64,000 bases of DNA, from the NCBI GenBank assembly GCA_965203515.1, contig OZ241907.1, positions 704,001 through 768,000 of the forward strand, given 5' to 3'. Both the position numbers and the translations under genes were made by a program. The stretch is from Spirochaetia bacterium. GTDB taxonomy: Bacteria > Spirochaetota > Spirochaetia > SZUA-6 > Bin103. Positions 18,495-31,367 of this stretch are shown here, one piece after another (within the stretch, counting starts at the first letter, position 1; every line of letters starts with the position of its first letter). A model generated the notes under the pieces. The model saw only the letters and a list, made by a program, of their open reading frames with translations. It did not search any database and had not been told where the DNA came from.

Positions 18495-19789
18495 AAGAGG
18501 TGCTCCAGCATCTCCTGCCGGCCGCTTGAGTTGGGCGCGATTCGGCCTTTCTCCAACATATACGCTTCGAGTGACGCGAAATCCGCCTCGCCCGATTCGA
18601 TGCGCGCGCCGATGCCGGAGTCCCAGCTCCGGTAGCGCTCCTCGACGAACGACCGCAGCTCGCCGTCGGCGCGAATCGCCGCGGCGATCTTCAGCCCGCG
18701 CGCGAACGCGTCCATGCCGCCGACGTGGGCGTGGAACAGGTCGATCGGCTCGAAGCTCTCGCGCCGCACCTTGGCGTCGAAATTGATGCCGCCGGGCGCG
18801 ATGCCGCCGTAGCGCAGCAGGGTCAGCATGACCTGCGCGGTCAGGTAGACGCTGGTCGGAAACTGGTCGGTGTCCCATCCCAGCAGCAGGTCGCCGGTGT
18901 TGGCGTCGATCGAGCCGAGCAGCCCCTGATGGGCGGCGTACTCCAGCTCGTGCGCCATCTCGTGACCGGCAAGCGTGGCGTGGTTGGTCTCGATATTGAG
19001 CTTGAAGCGCTCGGTCAGTCCGTAGGCGCGCAGGAAGTTGATGCAGGCGGCGGCGTCGGAGTCGTATTGGTGCTTGGTCGGCTCCTTGGGCTTCGGTTCG
19101 ATCAGCAGCGTACCGGTGAAGCCGATGCGGTCAGCGTGGTCGGCCGCCATGCGCAGGAACCGGCCCAGGTGGTCCAGATCGCGCTTCATGTCGGTGTTCA
19201 GCAGGGTCTGATACCCCTCCCGACCTCCCCAGAACACGTAATTCTGGCCGCCCAGTTCGCGCGTAACCTCCATGCACTTCTTGACCTGCGCGGCGGCAAA
19301 GGCGAACGCGTCGGCGTTGCAGCTGGTCGCGGCGCCATGCACGTAGCGCGGATGGCTGAACAGGTTGGCGGTGCCCCACAGCAGGCGGATGCCGGTCCGT
19401 GCCTGCTCCGCCTTGAGGGCGTCGACTACCGCGTCGAGATTGCGGTTGGTCTGGCGCAGCGATGCTCCCTCGGGCGCGACGTCGCGGTCGTGAAAGGCGT
19501 ACCACGGCGTGCCCAGCTTGGCCATGAACTCGAACGCCGCGTGCACCCGCTCGCGGGCGTTCTCGACCGAATCGCTGCCGTCGTCCCACGGCCGCTGCAG
19601 GGTGGGCGCTCCGAACGGGTCCGCGCCGGTCGCGCGAAAGGTGTGCCAGTAGACGGTGCTGAACCGCAGGTGCTCGCGCATGGTGCGCCCCTCCACCACC
19701 TCGTCCGCGTCGTACCAGCGGAACGCCAGCGGGTTCTTCGAGTCGGGGCCCTCGTAGGGGATGCGCTGCACGTCGGGAAATCGGTACAT
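18479..19789 (-). CDS. xylA: Xylose isomerase (class II)
   Basis: [39 protein letters not shown]. Confidence 0.98.
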   Translation of the reverse strand: MYRFPDVQRIPYEGPDSKNPLAFRWYDADEVVEGRTMREHLRFSTVYWHTFRATGADPFGAPTLQRPWDDGSDSVENARERVHAAFEFMAKLGTPWYAFHDRDVAPEGASLRQTNRNLDAVVDALKAEQARTGIRLLWGTANLFSHPRYVHGAATSCNADAFAFAAAQVKKCMEVTRELGGQNYVFWGGREGYQTLLNTDMKRDLDHLGRFLRMAADHADRIGFTGTLLIEPKPKEPTKHQYDSDAAACINFLRAYGLTERFKLNIETNHATLAGHEMAHELEYAAHQGLLGSIDANTGDLLLGWDTDQFPTSVYLTAQVMLTLLRYGGIAPGGINFDAKVRRESFEPIDLFHAHVGGMDAFARGLKIAAAIRADGELRSFVEERYRSWDSGIGARIESGEADFASLEAYMLEKGRIAPNSSGRQEMLEHLFNRYL

Positions 19790-19868
19790 GCCGTGACGGT
19801 AGCATCATCGGCGGCGGTCCGGCTCGGTCGCATGCGGACCGGAGTCGCGCCGTGCTACGGTTGCCGCC

Positions 19869-20729
19869 ATGGCGGCAGCGCAGGCGGCGGTCGCACCGGA
19901 GTCCGGGCGGGCCGATCTCTACCGTTACGACGGTCTGGCGGACGGCGTGACGGGGTTCGAAGCGGTGACCGATGCCGAGGTGTCCCGCTTCCGGGAGCAG
20001 GGCTGGCTGGTCGTGCACCGGGCGTTCGGCGCCGGCCGGGTGCGGGACGCGTTGGACGGACTGCTCGATCTGCTGGCGGCAAGTCGGCCGGCATCCGGCG
20101 CCGACCGGTACGTGGAATACGAGCCGAGCGTGGACGCCGCCGCGCTCGACGGCATGGCCGCGCAGGAACGGCAGGACTACGTGCGCAAGTTCATGTGGTT
20201 CGTGGAGCGCGACGAGCGGCTGCGGTCGCTGGCGGCGGACGCCGGACTGATCGACACCGTGCGCCGCCTGATCGGCGCCGAGCCGGTGCTGTTTCAGGAC
20301 ATGGCGCTGCTCAAGCCGCCCCGCATCGGCCGGGAAAAGCCGTGGCACCAGGACCATGCCTACTTCGACCTGCCGCTGCGGACGAAGGTGGTGGGCGTCT
20401 GGATCGCCCTGGATCCGGCCACCACCGACAACGGCTGCATGCTCGTCAAGCCGGGCTCGAACCGCCGCGGGCCGGTGGTCCACTTCCAGCGCCGCGACTG
20501 GCAGATCTGCGACGACCACGTGAATCCGCACGGGTCGCTGGCCGTGCCGCTGGAGCCGGGCGGCTGCCTGTTCTTCTCCAGCCTGACCCAGCACGGCACC
20601 GCGCCCAACCGGACCGATCGGCGGCGCCGGGCGGTGCAGTTCCACTACCGGCCCGCCTCCGCGCAGCCGGTCAGCCCGGAGGCTCGCATGGCCGTGTTCG
20701 GCGCGGCCGGACGCAACGTGAGCTGCTAG
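19869..20729 (+). CDS. Phytanoyl-CoA dioxygenase (PhyH) family protein
   Basis: KPWHQD, WIALD, NGCM..PGS, HGTAPN..RR. Confidence 0.9.
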   Translation: MAAAQAAVAPESGRADLYRYDGLADGVTGFEAVTDAEVSRFREQGWLVVHRAFGAGRVRDALDGLLDLLAASRPASGADRYVEYEPSVDAAALDGMAAQERQDYVRKFMWFVERDERLRSLAADAGLIDTVRRLIGAEPVLFQDMALLKPPRIGREKPWHQDHAYFDLPLRTKVVGVWIALDPATTDNGCMLVKPGSNRRGPVVHFQRRDWQICDDHVNPHGSLAVPLEPGGCLFFSSLTQHGTAPNRTDRRRRAVQFHYRPASAQPVSPEARMAVFGAAGRNVSC

Positions 20730-20736
20730 CCGGCGG

Positions 20737-22314
20737 CTACATGCCCCACACGTCGACGGTGACGGCGCCGGCTGACTCCCGGCGGTGGAACAGCTTCTCT
20801 TCCCAGCTCCGGTCTTCGCGGCGATCGAATATCACCAAGTGCCCGGCCGCCGCTCCACAGCGGTCGACGTAGCCTGCCGTCTGCTCCACGCCTTCGACGA
20901 TCGTCCGATCGAGGCTCCCGTATCGCACATTGCACTCGATCACGTACCGCTCCGCGCCATCCCCTTCGCCGCCCTGCGGCCACGTGACCAGCAGGTCGGT
21001 GCGTCCGCGCCCCAGACCATATTCCCGATCGATTTGCCCGCCTCCGTTCACGATCCGCTGCAGGAATGCCTGCAGCAGCAACTGCGGCCATGCCTCCTGG
21101 TACTCGAACCGCTGCCGCCAATGCTCGGAGTGCTCGCGGAAGAATTGCTGGAAGCTCGCCATCAACGTACCCACGTCCAGGCTGCCGGACTCGGTCACGT
21201 ACCACGCAGCTTCCTGCGTGAGCTCCTCCTGCGTGATCCAGGTCAGCTCCCGCGGCACCACTTCGCGATAGATCGGGTTGGCGATTCGCACGGGCGGGTC
21301 GCGCGCCACCAGGCCCAGGTCCCGCGCGTATTCCAGATCGCGGGCGGTGGCGTTCCCGGCGCTGGTGCGCGCGCCGGCGCCGCTCAACAGCGGCTCCACT
21401 ATGCGCCGCACCCGCTCGTCCCGGAGCCGGTCGGCCAAGTGGTCAAGGTGCGTCTCGCGGCGCAGGATGAGCTGCTCCTGAGCATCGAGCACGTCGGCCG
21501 CGGTGATCGGCCGACCGCGGTCGCGGCCGGCCCTGTTGCGGAAGCACGTATCGTAGGCGAGCGAATTCACCAGCCACGGTTGGCCGCAGGTCCGCGCCCA
21601 CACCGTGTCCAGCGCCTCCGGCGTGAACGCCTGTCCGGTCTCCTCCGTGTGCATGCCCAGCAGCGCTCGGACGTCCTGTTCCGAGAAGTCGCCCAGCCGG
21701 AGCGACTCCGCTTTGATGTTGAAGGGGCTGGCGCTCGGCGATCCGGTGCGGTAATCGCGTACGTCGCGCACCCCGCACAGGATCACGCTCTGCGGGAAAT
21801 TCCTCGGCCGCAGTACGTAGCCCGCCCGAAGCTGGCGCAGCATCGACACCAGCGAGTTCCCTTCCAGCGCGTCGACTTCGTCGATCAGCAGCACCAGCGG
21901 CTTCGGATCCGACTCCGTCCAGCGGGTCAACGCCTCCGTCAGGGCGCCGGGACCGAACTCGTCGAAGATGCGCGGCCAGCTGCGGGCCAGAAACTCATCG
22001 CCCAACGTCGCGCGAGCGAATACGGCGAGTTGGCCCAGGATGACGCGAGTCGCCTGCTCCACGTTTTCGCGCATCGCCTGGGCGCCTTCGACGTCGACGT
22101 ATACGCAGCGGTAGTCGCCCTCGGCGCCGCTGTTCAGCAGGTCGCGCAGCGCCAGTAGTGCCGAGGTCTTGCCGGTCTGCCGCGGCGCGTGCAGCACGAA
22201 GTACTTCTGCTGCCGGATGAGCATCAGCACCGCGTCCAGGTCGAGGCGTTCCAGGGGCGGGATGCAGTAGTGGTCGGCAGCCACCACGGGGCCGCTCGTG
22301 TTGAAGAAGCGCAT
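20737..22314 (-). CDS. AAA-like ATPase with C-terminal PD-(D/E)XK-like domain (paralog 1)
   Basis: MRFFNTSGP, APRQTGKTS, LLIDEVD, REYGLGRGRTDLL..IECN. Confidence 0.85.
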   Translation of the reverse strand: MRFFNTSGPVVAADHYCIPPLERLDLDAVLMLIRQQKYFVLHAPRQTGKTSALLALRDLLNSGAEGDYRCVYVDVEGAQAMRENVEQATRVILGQLAVFARATLGDEFLARSWPRIFDEFGPGALTEALTRWTESDPKPLVLLIDEVDALEGNSLVSMLRQLRAGYVLRPRNFPQSVILCGVRDVRDYRTGSPSASPFNIKAESLRLGDFSEQDVRALLGMHTEETGQAFTPEALDTVWARTCGQPWLVNSLAYDTCFRNRAGRDRGRPITAADVLDAQEQLILRRETHLDHLADRLRDERVRRIVEPLLSGAGARTSAGNATARDLEYARDLGLVARDPPVRIANPIYREVVPRELTWITQEELTQEAAWYVTESGSLDVGTLMASFQQFFREHSEHWRQRFEYQEAWPQLLLQAFLQRIVNGGGQIDREYGLGRGRTDLLVTWPQGGEGDGAERYVIECNVRYGSLDRTIVEGVEQTAGYVDRCGAAAGHLVIFDRREDRSWEEKLFHRRESAGAVTVDVWGM

Positions 22315-22332
22315 GGTGAGCCGCGCCGGCGG

Positions 22333-23508
22333 CTAGCGGTCTGGGGGGCCGTCCAGCGGCACCGAGTAGTCGCCGTCGAGGTAGGGGAAGCGCGCTTCCA
22401 GGCCGCCGGCCAGCTCGACGCCCCAGCCCGGTCCGGCCGGCAGTATCAGATGGCCGTCCTCGATCGCCGGCGGGTCACGCAGGATTCCCCACTGCAGCGG
22501 ACCCTGCACCATGCACAACTCCAGCACGCGCGGCCGCGGCAGCGCGGCGACCGCGTGAGCGTGGGCGACCGCCAGCAGGCCGTTGTGCCAGGAATGGGGA
22601 CAGACGTCGACGCCGCACGGGTGGGCGAGCTCGACGGTGCGCAGCCACTCGCCGATCCCGCAGACCCCCACGTCGGGCTGCACGATCGCCAGCGCTTCCG
22701 CCTCCAGATAGGGCTCGAACTGCTCCGCGCGCGTGAATGCCTCGCCGCCGGTGATCGGCAGATGCACGGCGCGGTTCAGCCGCGCGTAGGTCGCGGGATC
22801 GCGCGGCATCGGCTCCTCGAACCACGTCCAGCCCAGCTCGTCCAACGAGCCGGCGATCGCGTGGGCGTCAGCTTCGTTCAGCCGGCAGTTGCCGTCCAGC
22901 ATCAGCTCCATGCGGCCCTCCACCGCATCGGTCACGCGCCGCAGCAGGTCGATCATGCGCGCCGCGGTCACCCCGGACCGGCTCCATTCGGTGCCGACGC
23001 GCATCTTGAACGCGGTGTAGCCGGCGGCGACGTGGGCGAGCGCCTCCCGCACAAGCCGGTCGGGATCGACCTCCCAGTCGTAGTCGACGCCGCCGGAGGC
23101 GTACAGCCGCACGCGTTCGAGCGGCGGGTCGGTGGCGGGGCCGCCGGCGGCCGCGAGCAACGCGCTCACCGGCCGGCCGGCGATGCGGGCGCGCAGGTCC
23201 CAGAGGGCGCAGTCGACGCCGGCCAGCGGGATGTCGTAGCTCCGATCGCCCCCGGTGAGTCGCGGCGCGACGTCGGGGTCGAGCGGGTCGCGGCCGATCA
23301 GCCCGCCCGCCAGTTCGGCGACGCGCTCGCGGATGCGGGGAGGGTCGCCGTAGGCGCTCGGCTCGGCAATGCCGCGAACGCCGGCGTCCGTATCGATGAC
23401 GACGATCGAACAGTCGGCCTTGACCGCCCGGAACGAGGCGGTGACCCACTGGCGCTCCGGCTCATGGCGGCGCGACAGGCAGAGCGTTTCGACGGAGGTG
23501 ATCTTCAT
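22333..23508 (-). CDS. Mandelate racemase/muconate lactonizing enzyme family protein
   Basis: DCALWDL, FKMR, MLDGN, WFEEP, GGE, QPD, CPH. Confidence 0.9.
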   Translation of the reverse strand: MKITSVETLCLSRRHEPERQWVTASFRAVKADCSIVVIDTDAGVRGIAEPSAYGDPPRIRERVAELAGGLIGRDPLDPDVAPRLTGGDRSYDIPLAGVDCALWDLRARIAGRPVSALLAAAGGPATDPPLERVRLYASGGVDYDWEVDPDRLVREALAHVAAGYTAFKMRVGTEWSRSGVTAARMIDLLRRVTDAVEGRMELMLDGNCRLNEADAHAIAGSLDELGWTWFEEPMPRDPATYARLNRAVHLPITGGEAFTRAEQFEPYLEAEALAIVQPDVGVCGIGEWLRTVELAHPCGVDVCPHSWHNGLLAVAHAHAVAALPRPRVLELCMVQGPLQWGILRDPPAIEDGHLILPAGPGWGVELAGGLEARFPYLDGDYSVPLDGPPDR

Positions 23509-23552
23509 GCGGGGCGGCGGCCGCCGTAGCGTGGGGTGAGCGGCATGTGCCG

Positions 23553-25058
23553 TCAAGGCGCGGGCGCCGGCGCGCTGCCGGCTTCCTGGACGAGGCGCCG
23601 CAGCCGCCGTTCGCGTTCGGGCGCCGGGGCGTCGCACGGCCGCCGGCTCCGGTCGGCGGCGATCACCTCACGCGGGCTCCTCCCGGTGGCGGCGATGCGG
23701 GCGTTGACCAGCGCGCCGAGCGCGTCGGTCTTGTAGGCGAGCGGTCCCGAACGGTCGTTCAAGAGGATGCGGGCATCCGCCGCCACCCGGCGGTCGCTGT
23801 CGGCGAGCAGGCGCAGGCCGGTGCGCAGCACCTCCCGGATCAACGGCGCTCGCGACAGGCCGCCGGTCAGCACGAAGGCGCGGATCGGCTCGGCAGCGGC
23901 CGGCAGCATCGCCCGCACGCGATCGAGCATCTCCAGGGCGATCGAGCACTGCGTGCTCGCCGTCCGCGCCGGCAGGTCCGGGGGCAGCCCCGTCAGGACC
24001 GCTGCCTCATCGGCCGGCTCCGGGATGCGGACGATCCGGTCCGGCTCGCAGGCGAGCGCCAAGCGGTTCAGATCGTCGTGGTCGACGCCGGGCGCGGCCA
24101 TGGCGCGGAACCGTTCGTACCACGCCCCGCACTGCGCCAGCATCAGCAGGAACAGGCGATCGTCCCAGTACTCGAAACTCAGGACTTCGCCGGTCGGTCG
24201 GCCGGCGTGCGGCGCGGGCAGGTTGACCGTGCCGCTGGTGCCCAGGGACAGCACCATGGTGTCGTATTCGGCGGCGCCGCAGCCGGCGGCCGAGGCGTGG
24301 TTGTCGCCGAGCGGCGCCGCTACCCGCCAGCCGCGGAGCCGTTCGGTCAGCGCTCGCCAGGGCGGTTCCGCGCCCGGTTCCGGTTCGACCGCGCCGGCCA
24401 CGCCGGTCGAGGCGATCACCGGCGGAAACCACTCCGGGCGCAGGTCGCCGCCGAGCCGCCGGCCGGCCTCCCGCAGCGGCTCGGCGGCGAGCCGCTTGCT
24501 CTGCTGGTCGAGCAGTCCGTTGGACAGGGCATCGGAGGAGCCGAGGCGGTATCGGCCGCCGGTGAGCCGGCCGGCCAGCCAGTCGCCGCTGGTCATCACC
24601 GCGCGCAGGCGGCCGCGCAGGTTCGGCTCCTGCCGCAGCGCCCACGGGAGCTTGGCGGCGATGAAGCGCGCTTCGACGGCGCCGGCCGCAGCGCGGAACG
24701 CCGGCAGGCCGTTGAGCGCGGCGGCCTGCCGGCCCGCCCGGCCGCACTGCCAGCTCAACGCCGGGATGAGCGGTTCGCCGGCGCGGTCGATCAGCGCCAG
24801 GTCGTGCTGCCGCCACGACTGGCCCAGACAGCCCGGCTCCGAGAGGTCCCAGCCGTCGCCGCCGAGCCGCCTCAGCAACGCCTGCACCATGCCCGGCAGC
24901 GCGCGCAGGTCGAACGCCGGGCACCCGCGCCAGCGGACCGCACCGGCCATCGGCACGCTCACGTACCCCTCGGAACCGTCCTCGGCGGCAGCCGCCAAGC
25001 CGCATTCGGTGGTCGAGCAGACCAGGCCGAGATACCGGGCGCGTCGGCGACCCTTCAT
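23553..25058 (-). CDS. FGGY-family carbohydrate kinase (xylulokinase-like)
   Basis: WRQHD, AKLPW, GDNHASAAG, SLGTSGT, LTGGLS. Confidence 0.75.
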   Translation of the reverse strand: MKGRRRARYLGLVCSTTECGLAAAAEDGSEGYVSVPMAGAVRWRGCPAFDLRALPGMVQALLRRLGGDGWDLSEPGCLGQSWRQHDLALIDRAGEPLIPALSWQCGRAGRQAAALNGLPAFRAAAGAVEARFIAAKLPWALRQEPNLRGRLRAVMTSGDWLAGRLTGGRYRLGSSDALSNGLLDQQSKRLAAEPLREAGRRLGGDLRPEWFPPVIASTGVAGAVEPEPGAEPPWRALTERLRGWRVAAPLGDNHASAAGCGAAEYDTMVLSLGTSGTVNLPAPHAGRPTGEVLSFEYWDDRLFLLMLAQCGAWYERFRAMAAPGVDHDDLNRLALACEPDRIVRIPEPADEAAVLTGLPPDLPARTASTQCSIALEMLDRVRAMLPAAAEPIRAFVLTGGLSRAPLIREVLRTGLRLLADSDRRVAADARILLNDRSGPLAYKTDALGALVNARIAATGRSPREVIAADRSRRPCDAPAPERERRLRRLVQEAGSAPAPAP

Positions 25059-25081
25059 GGCGGCGCCGCGGCGCCTTTGCC

Positions 25082-27528
<2,447 letters not shown>

Positions 27529-27532
<4 letters not shown>

Positions 27533-28716
27533 CCACCGGATCGCTGCGTGACGCCATCCGCCGGCGGCTCGACTACCTGCGCGCCGGCGGCGCGGACGGC
27601 GCTCCCGACGTCGACGCAGGCGAGGCGCATGGCTCCGGTGAAGACGAGGATCTGCCGGCTCGCCTTGGCGCCGACTGGCAACCGCTGGCGCCGTACGTCT
27701 ACCGGCGGATCGGCATCGTCCCGTCGCCGATCACCGCACGGCCGCGCCTGCTGCCCGCGTCGGTCCCGATCGAGCGGTGCGGCTTCTTCGATACGGAGAC
27801 GACCGGTCTGGCCGGCGCCGGAGCGGTGATCTTCCTGTTCGGCATCGCCGCGGTGCGCGGCGACCGGATGATGGTGGAGCAGGTCTTCCTGAGCGATTTT
27901 CCGGGGGAGACCGCCTTCCTCGAGCACGTCGAGCGCCTGCTATCCGAGCATCGGCTGTTCGTCTCCTTCAACGGCAAGTCGTTCGACAAGACGATCCTGA
28001 CGGAGCGGTTCCTGATCGACGGCCGCAGCCTGAGCATGCCGGAGCATCTCGATCTGCTCTATCCGTCGCGCCGCCTGTGGGCGTCGCTCACTCCCGACTG
28101 CCGGCTCAAGACCCTGGAGGAGGAGGTCCTGAACATCGATCGGGGCGAGGACGTCGACGGGTTCGAGGTGCCTGACATCTACTTCGACTTCCTCCGCAGC
28201 GGCGACCTGGGGCGTCTGCCGGCCGTCTTCGACCACAACCACCGCGACGTGATCACGCTGGCGCGGCTGCTGGCGACGATCGAGCAGGCGCTGTCCGGTG
28301 ACGACGCCGTGCCGGTCGACCCGCACGGCGTCGGCCGCCTGTTGCTGGGGCAGGGCGATCGCTGCGGGCTGGATCACCTGCGCCGCGGCTACGACGACGG
28401 CCTGCTCACCTGCGGCACCGCGCTCGGCGGCGAGCTGAAGCGCGCCGGCGCCTGGCGGGAGGCGGTCGCGCTGTGGCACGACATGGCCAAGCGCCACCGC
28501 GACCGCGGCGCGGCGGTCGAGCTGGCCAAGTACTACGAACACCGAGCCAAGGACTATGACGCTGCGCTCGACTGCGTGAAGCCGTTCTTCGGCGGCGTCA
28601 GGAAAGGGGCGCGCGCGCTCGACTGCGACCTGCTGCGCCGGGTGGCGCGCCTGCGCCGCAAACGGGCCGCCCGGCGCGAGCCGCTCAGGGAGCGGGCGCT
28701 CAGCGGTAGTAGCTGA
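27529..28716 (+). CDS. RNase H-like exonuclease with TPR tail (MrfB/YprB-like)
   Basis: FFDTETTGL, SFNGKSFD, HLDLL, HNHRDV, ELAKYYEH. Confidence 0.9.
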
Positions 28717-29566
28717 TGCGGTAGCCGCCGCGCGCCGCGAATCCCAACCGTTCGTACAGCCGCAGCGCGGCCGCGTTGCCGGTCTTGACGAACAGGCACG
28801 CCTGCTCCTTGTCGCGAAAGATGCCGCGCAGCAGTGCCAGCATCACCGTCGTGCCCAGACCGGCGCGGCGGCGGCTCGGCGTGGTGAAGACGCCGCCGAT
28901 CTGATCGACGCGCACGCCGCGCGTGTTGGTGGCGGCGGTCGCCACCGGGCGCCCGCGGTGCTCGGCCACGTAGACCAGCTCGTTCCGCAACGAGCGCCGC
29001 AGGTGCCGGCGGCACCCACGGCGGTCGAACCGCGAGCCGTCCATGACCACCTCCTCCAGCTCGTACGCTTCGCGCAGCGCAAGCAGCCGCGCGGTGTCGC
29101 GCACGCGCGCGCGGCGCGTGACCACGTCGGCCGGGGCGCCGGCCGGGGCCGCGCCTGCGGCCGGCAGCGCGCCGAGATCCAGGGTCATGAGCACGTGGTC
29201 GACGTATACGCGAGGGCGCAGCCCCAGCAGCGCCTCCAGGCGCCGCACCTCGGCGGTCAGCCCCATGCTGGAGTGCGGCGCCGCGGCGGCGCCGATCACG
29301 CCGCGCAGCCAGCGGTCATCCCGTTCATGCGTCTCCCGTTCGCCGAACGCCGCCAGCAGCAACCCGTCCCGGGCGCGCACCACCACGTCCCCGATCGCGG
29401 CGCCGCGGCGCGTCGCAAACAGCCGAAACGGCCGGCCGCGCAGGGGCGAGGCCGACTCCCGCAGCAGGGCGGTGATCGGCACGTAGGCCCACTCCCGGTC
29501 GAGCAGCCGCTCCAGTATCGCGCGGCGGTGGCGTGCGCCGGCCTCGAACCAGCCCGCGTCTACCAA
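28700..29566 (-). CDS. GNAT family acetyltransferase
   Basis: QIGGVFT..RRAGLG, LFVKTGNAAALRLYERLGF. Confidence 0.85.
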   Translation of the reverse strand: MVDAGWFEAGARHRRAILERLLDREWAYVPITALLRESASPLRGRPFRLFATRRGAAIGDVVVRARDGLLLAAFGERETHERDDRWLRGVIGAAAAPHSSMGLTAEVRRLEALLGLRPRVYVDHVLMTLDLGALPAAGAAPAGAPADVVTRRARVRDTARLLALREAYELEEVVMDGSRFDRRGCRRHLRRSLRNELVYVAEHRGRPVATAATNTRGVRVDQIGGVFTTPSRRRAGLGTTVMLALLRGIFRDKEQACLFVKTGNAAALRLYERLGFAARGGYRISYYR

Positions 29567-29588
29567 ACGTCCTCCGGTCGCCGCGCGC

Positions 29589-31367
29589 TCACGGCGCAGC
29601 CGCCCGTCCAAAGTCGATCGGGAGCCGGCCTTGGGCGGCGAAGTCCCCGGCCAGCACCGCCAGTCCGGCGCGGTACGAGTCGCGATTGGCGCCGTAGACC
29701 GCCACTGCGGTACGCACCCACGGCAGATCGTCAAGATAGACCGGCGTGAGCGCCGACACCACCAGCACCCGGTCGGCATAGGGCGCAAGCCCCGCCAGTA
29801 CCTCCGCGCTGTTGTAGTTCATGAGCAGAAAGACGATCGCATCGTAGCCGCCGGCCATCGTCCGTACCGCGTTCCGGTCCTGCGGCCGCGATGCGTCGAA
29901 CGGGTAGTACGGAAACCGATAGCGGTCGGCCCCCGGGAAGCGCAGCAGCGCCTCCTGCAGGAACGCTTCGCTCTGGCCGACCAGCAGCAGCCGCGCGGAC
30001 GGGTCGGGGCGGAAGGGGATGCCGGCGGAACGGACCGCGGTGACGCTGCGCGCCGCGCTTTCCCGGAAGAACTCGGCCGCGCCCGGAGCCGGCACCGCGT
30101 CGGCCGCGTCGGCGGCCGGGAACAACGGCACGGCGGTCACCGAGCGGAACGCTTCCAACTTCACCCGGAGCACGCGGCGCGCCGCCTGCGCGACCCGTTC
30201 GCGGAACGCCGGGTCGGCCGCCATGCGCTGCCGCAGCGCCTGCCAGGCGCGCTCTTGCAGAGCCGGCGTGTGGCCGATCAGGAGCAGGTCGGTGCCTTCC
30301 TCGATCGCCCGCACGGCCGCCGCGGGGGTGTCGAAGGAGGCGCCGAGCGCGCCCTGCATCTCCAGGTCGTCGCTGATCACGATGCCGTCGAAGCCGAGCC
30401 GGACGCGCAGCAGCTCGCGGAGAAAGAACGGCGACAGGGACGCGGGCGTTGCCGGATCGATGATCCTCGGATAGCCGACGTGGGCGCTCATGATCGCCGG
30501 CAGTCCTGCGCGGATCAGCAGCCGATACGGCAGCAGGTCGCGGTCCCAGAGCGTCGGCAGGTCGGCGTCCGCCACCGCAAGGGTTTCGTGCGAGTCGCCG
30601 ACGGCGCCGCCGTGGCCGGGAAAGTGCTTGGCGGTGGCGATCACGCCGGTGGAGGCGAGGCCGTAGTAGAACGCGACCGACAGCAGCGCGGTCTGCACCG
30701 GATCGGAGGAGAACGCGCGCGGGCCGATGACCGCGGCTTCCGGGTGAGAGTAGACGTCGACGGTGGGCGCCAGGTTCATGTTGATGCCCAGGACGCGCAG
30801 CTCCTGACCGATGAACCGGCCGGTCCGATAGGCGTCGTACGGAATGCCGGCGGCGCCCAGCGCCAGGTTGCCGGGCGTCTGCGACGTCCCGCCCTTGATG
30901 TGGCGGACCCAGCCGCCTTCCTGATCGGTGAGGGTCAGCAGCGGCACCTGCAGCCGGGTGGCTCGCGCCGCCTCCTGCATCGCGCCGACGCCGGCGGCCA
31001 GCTCGGCCAGACCGGTCACGTTGCGGCCGGAGATCTTGACGCTGCCCAGGTAGCGTTCGGCGATCCACGCGCGCAGGGCGTCCGGGAACCCGGTTCCCAG
31101 GTAGCCGAGCGCCAGCGTCTGGCCGAGCAGCTCAGCGTCGCTCATCCGCTCCGCCAGGTAGGCGGCCTGCTCCGCCGCCGGCGCGTCCCGCCAGAAACCG
31201 TCCGCCCGTACGCAGGGCGGCGCCTCGCTCGGCCGGCAGACGATTGAGGGGTCCGGCGGCGCCGCGCCGAGCGACCGGGGCAGGAGTGCCCATGTCAGGA
31301 GCGACCAGATCAGGAGCGATCGACCCGCCGCCGGCGGCCGGCGCCACGGCGGCCGTCCCGCAGTCAC
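29589..31367 (-). CDS. Glycoside hydrolase family 3, beta-N-acetylhexosaminidase-like
   Basis: DQEGG, NLAPTVD, KHFPGHG..DSH, ISDDLEM. Confidence 0.9.
   Translation of the reverse strand: MTAGRPPWRRPPAAGRSLLIWSLLTWALLPRSLGAAPPDPSIVCRPSEAPPCVRADGFWRDAPAAEQAAYLAERMSDAELLGQTLALGYLGTGFPDALRAWIAERYLGSVKISGRNVTGLAELAAGVGAMQEAARATRLQVPLLTLTDQEGGWVRHIKGGTSQTPGNLALGAAGIPYDAYRTGRFIGQELRVLGINMNLAPTVDVYSHPEAAVIGPRAFSSDPVQTALLSVAFYYGLASTGVIATAKHFPGHGGAVGDSHETLAVADADLPTLWDRDLLPYRLLIRAGLPAIMSAHVGYPRIIDPATPASLSPFFLRELLRVRLGFDGIVISDDLEMQGALGASFDTPAAAVRAIEEGTDLLLIGHTPALQERAWQALRQRMAADPAFRERVAQAARRVLRVKLEAFRSVTAVPLFPAADAADAVPAPGAAEFFRESAARSVTAVRSAGIPFRPDPSARLLLVGQSEAFLQEALLRFPGADRYRFPYYPFDASRPQDRNAVRTMAGGYDAIVFLLMNYNSAEVLAGLAPYADRVLVVSALTPVYLDDLPWVRTAVAVYGANRDSYRAGLAVLAGDFAAQGRLPIDFGRAAAP

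Noticed and set aside
18725..20872. Numerous long Arg/Ala/Pro-rich overlapping ORFs (this one as an example)
   Set aside because: Antisense or shadow frames expected in high-GC DNA; no motifs, and they overlap well-supported genes.
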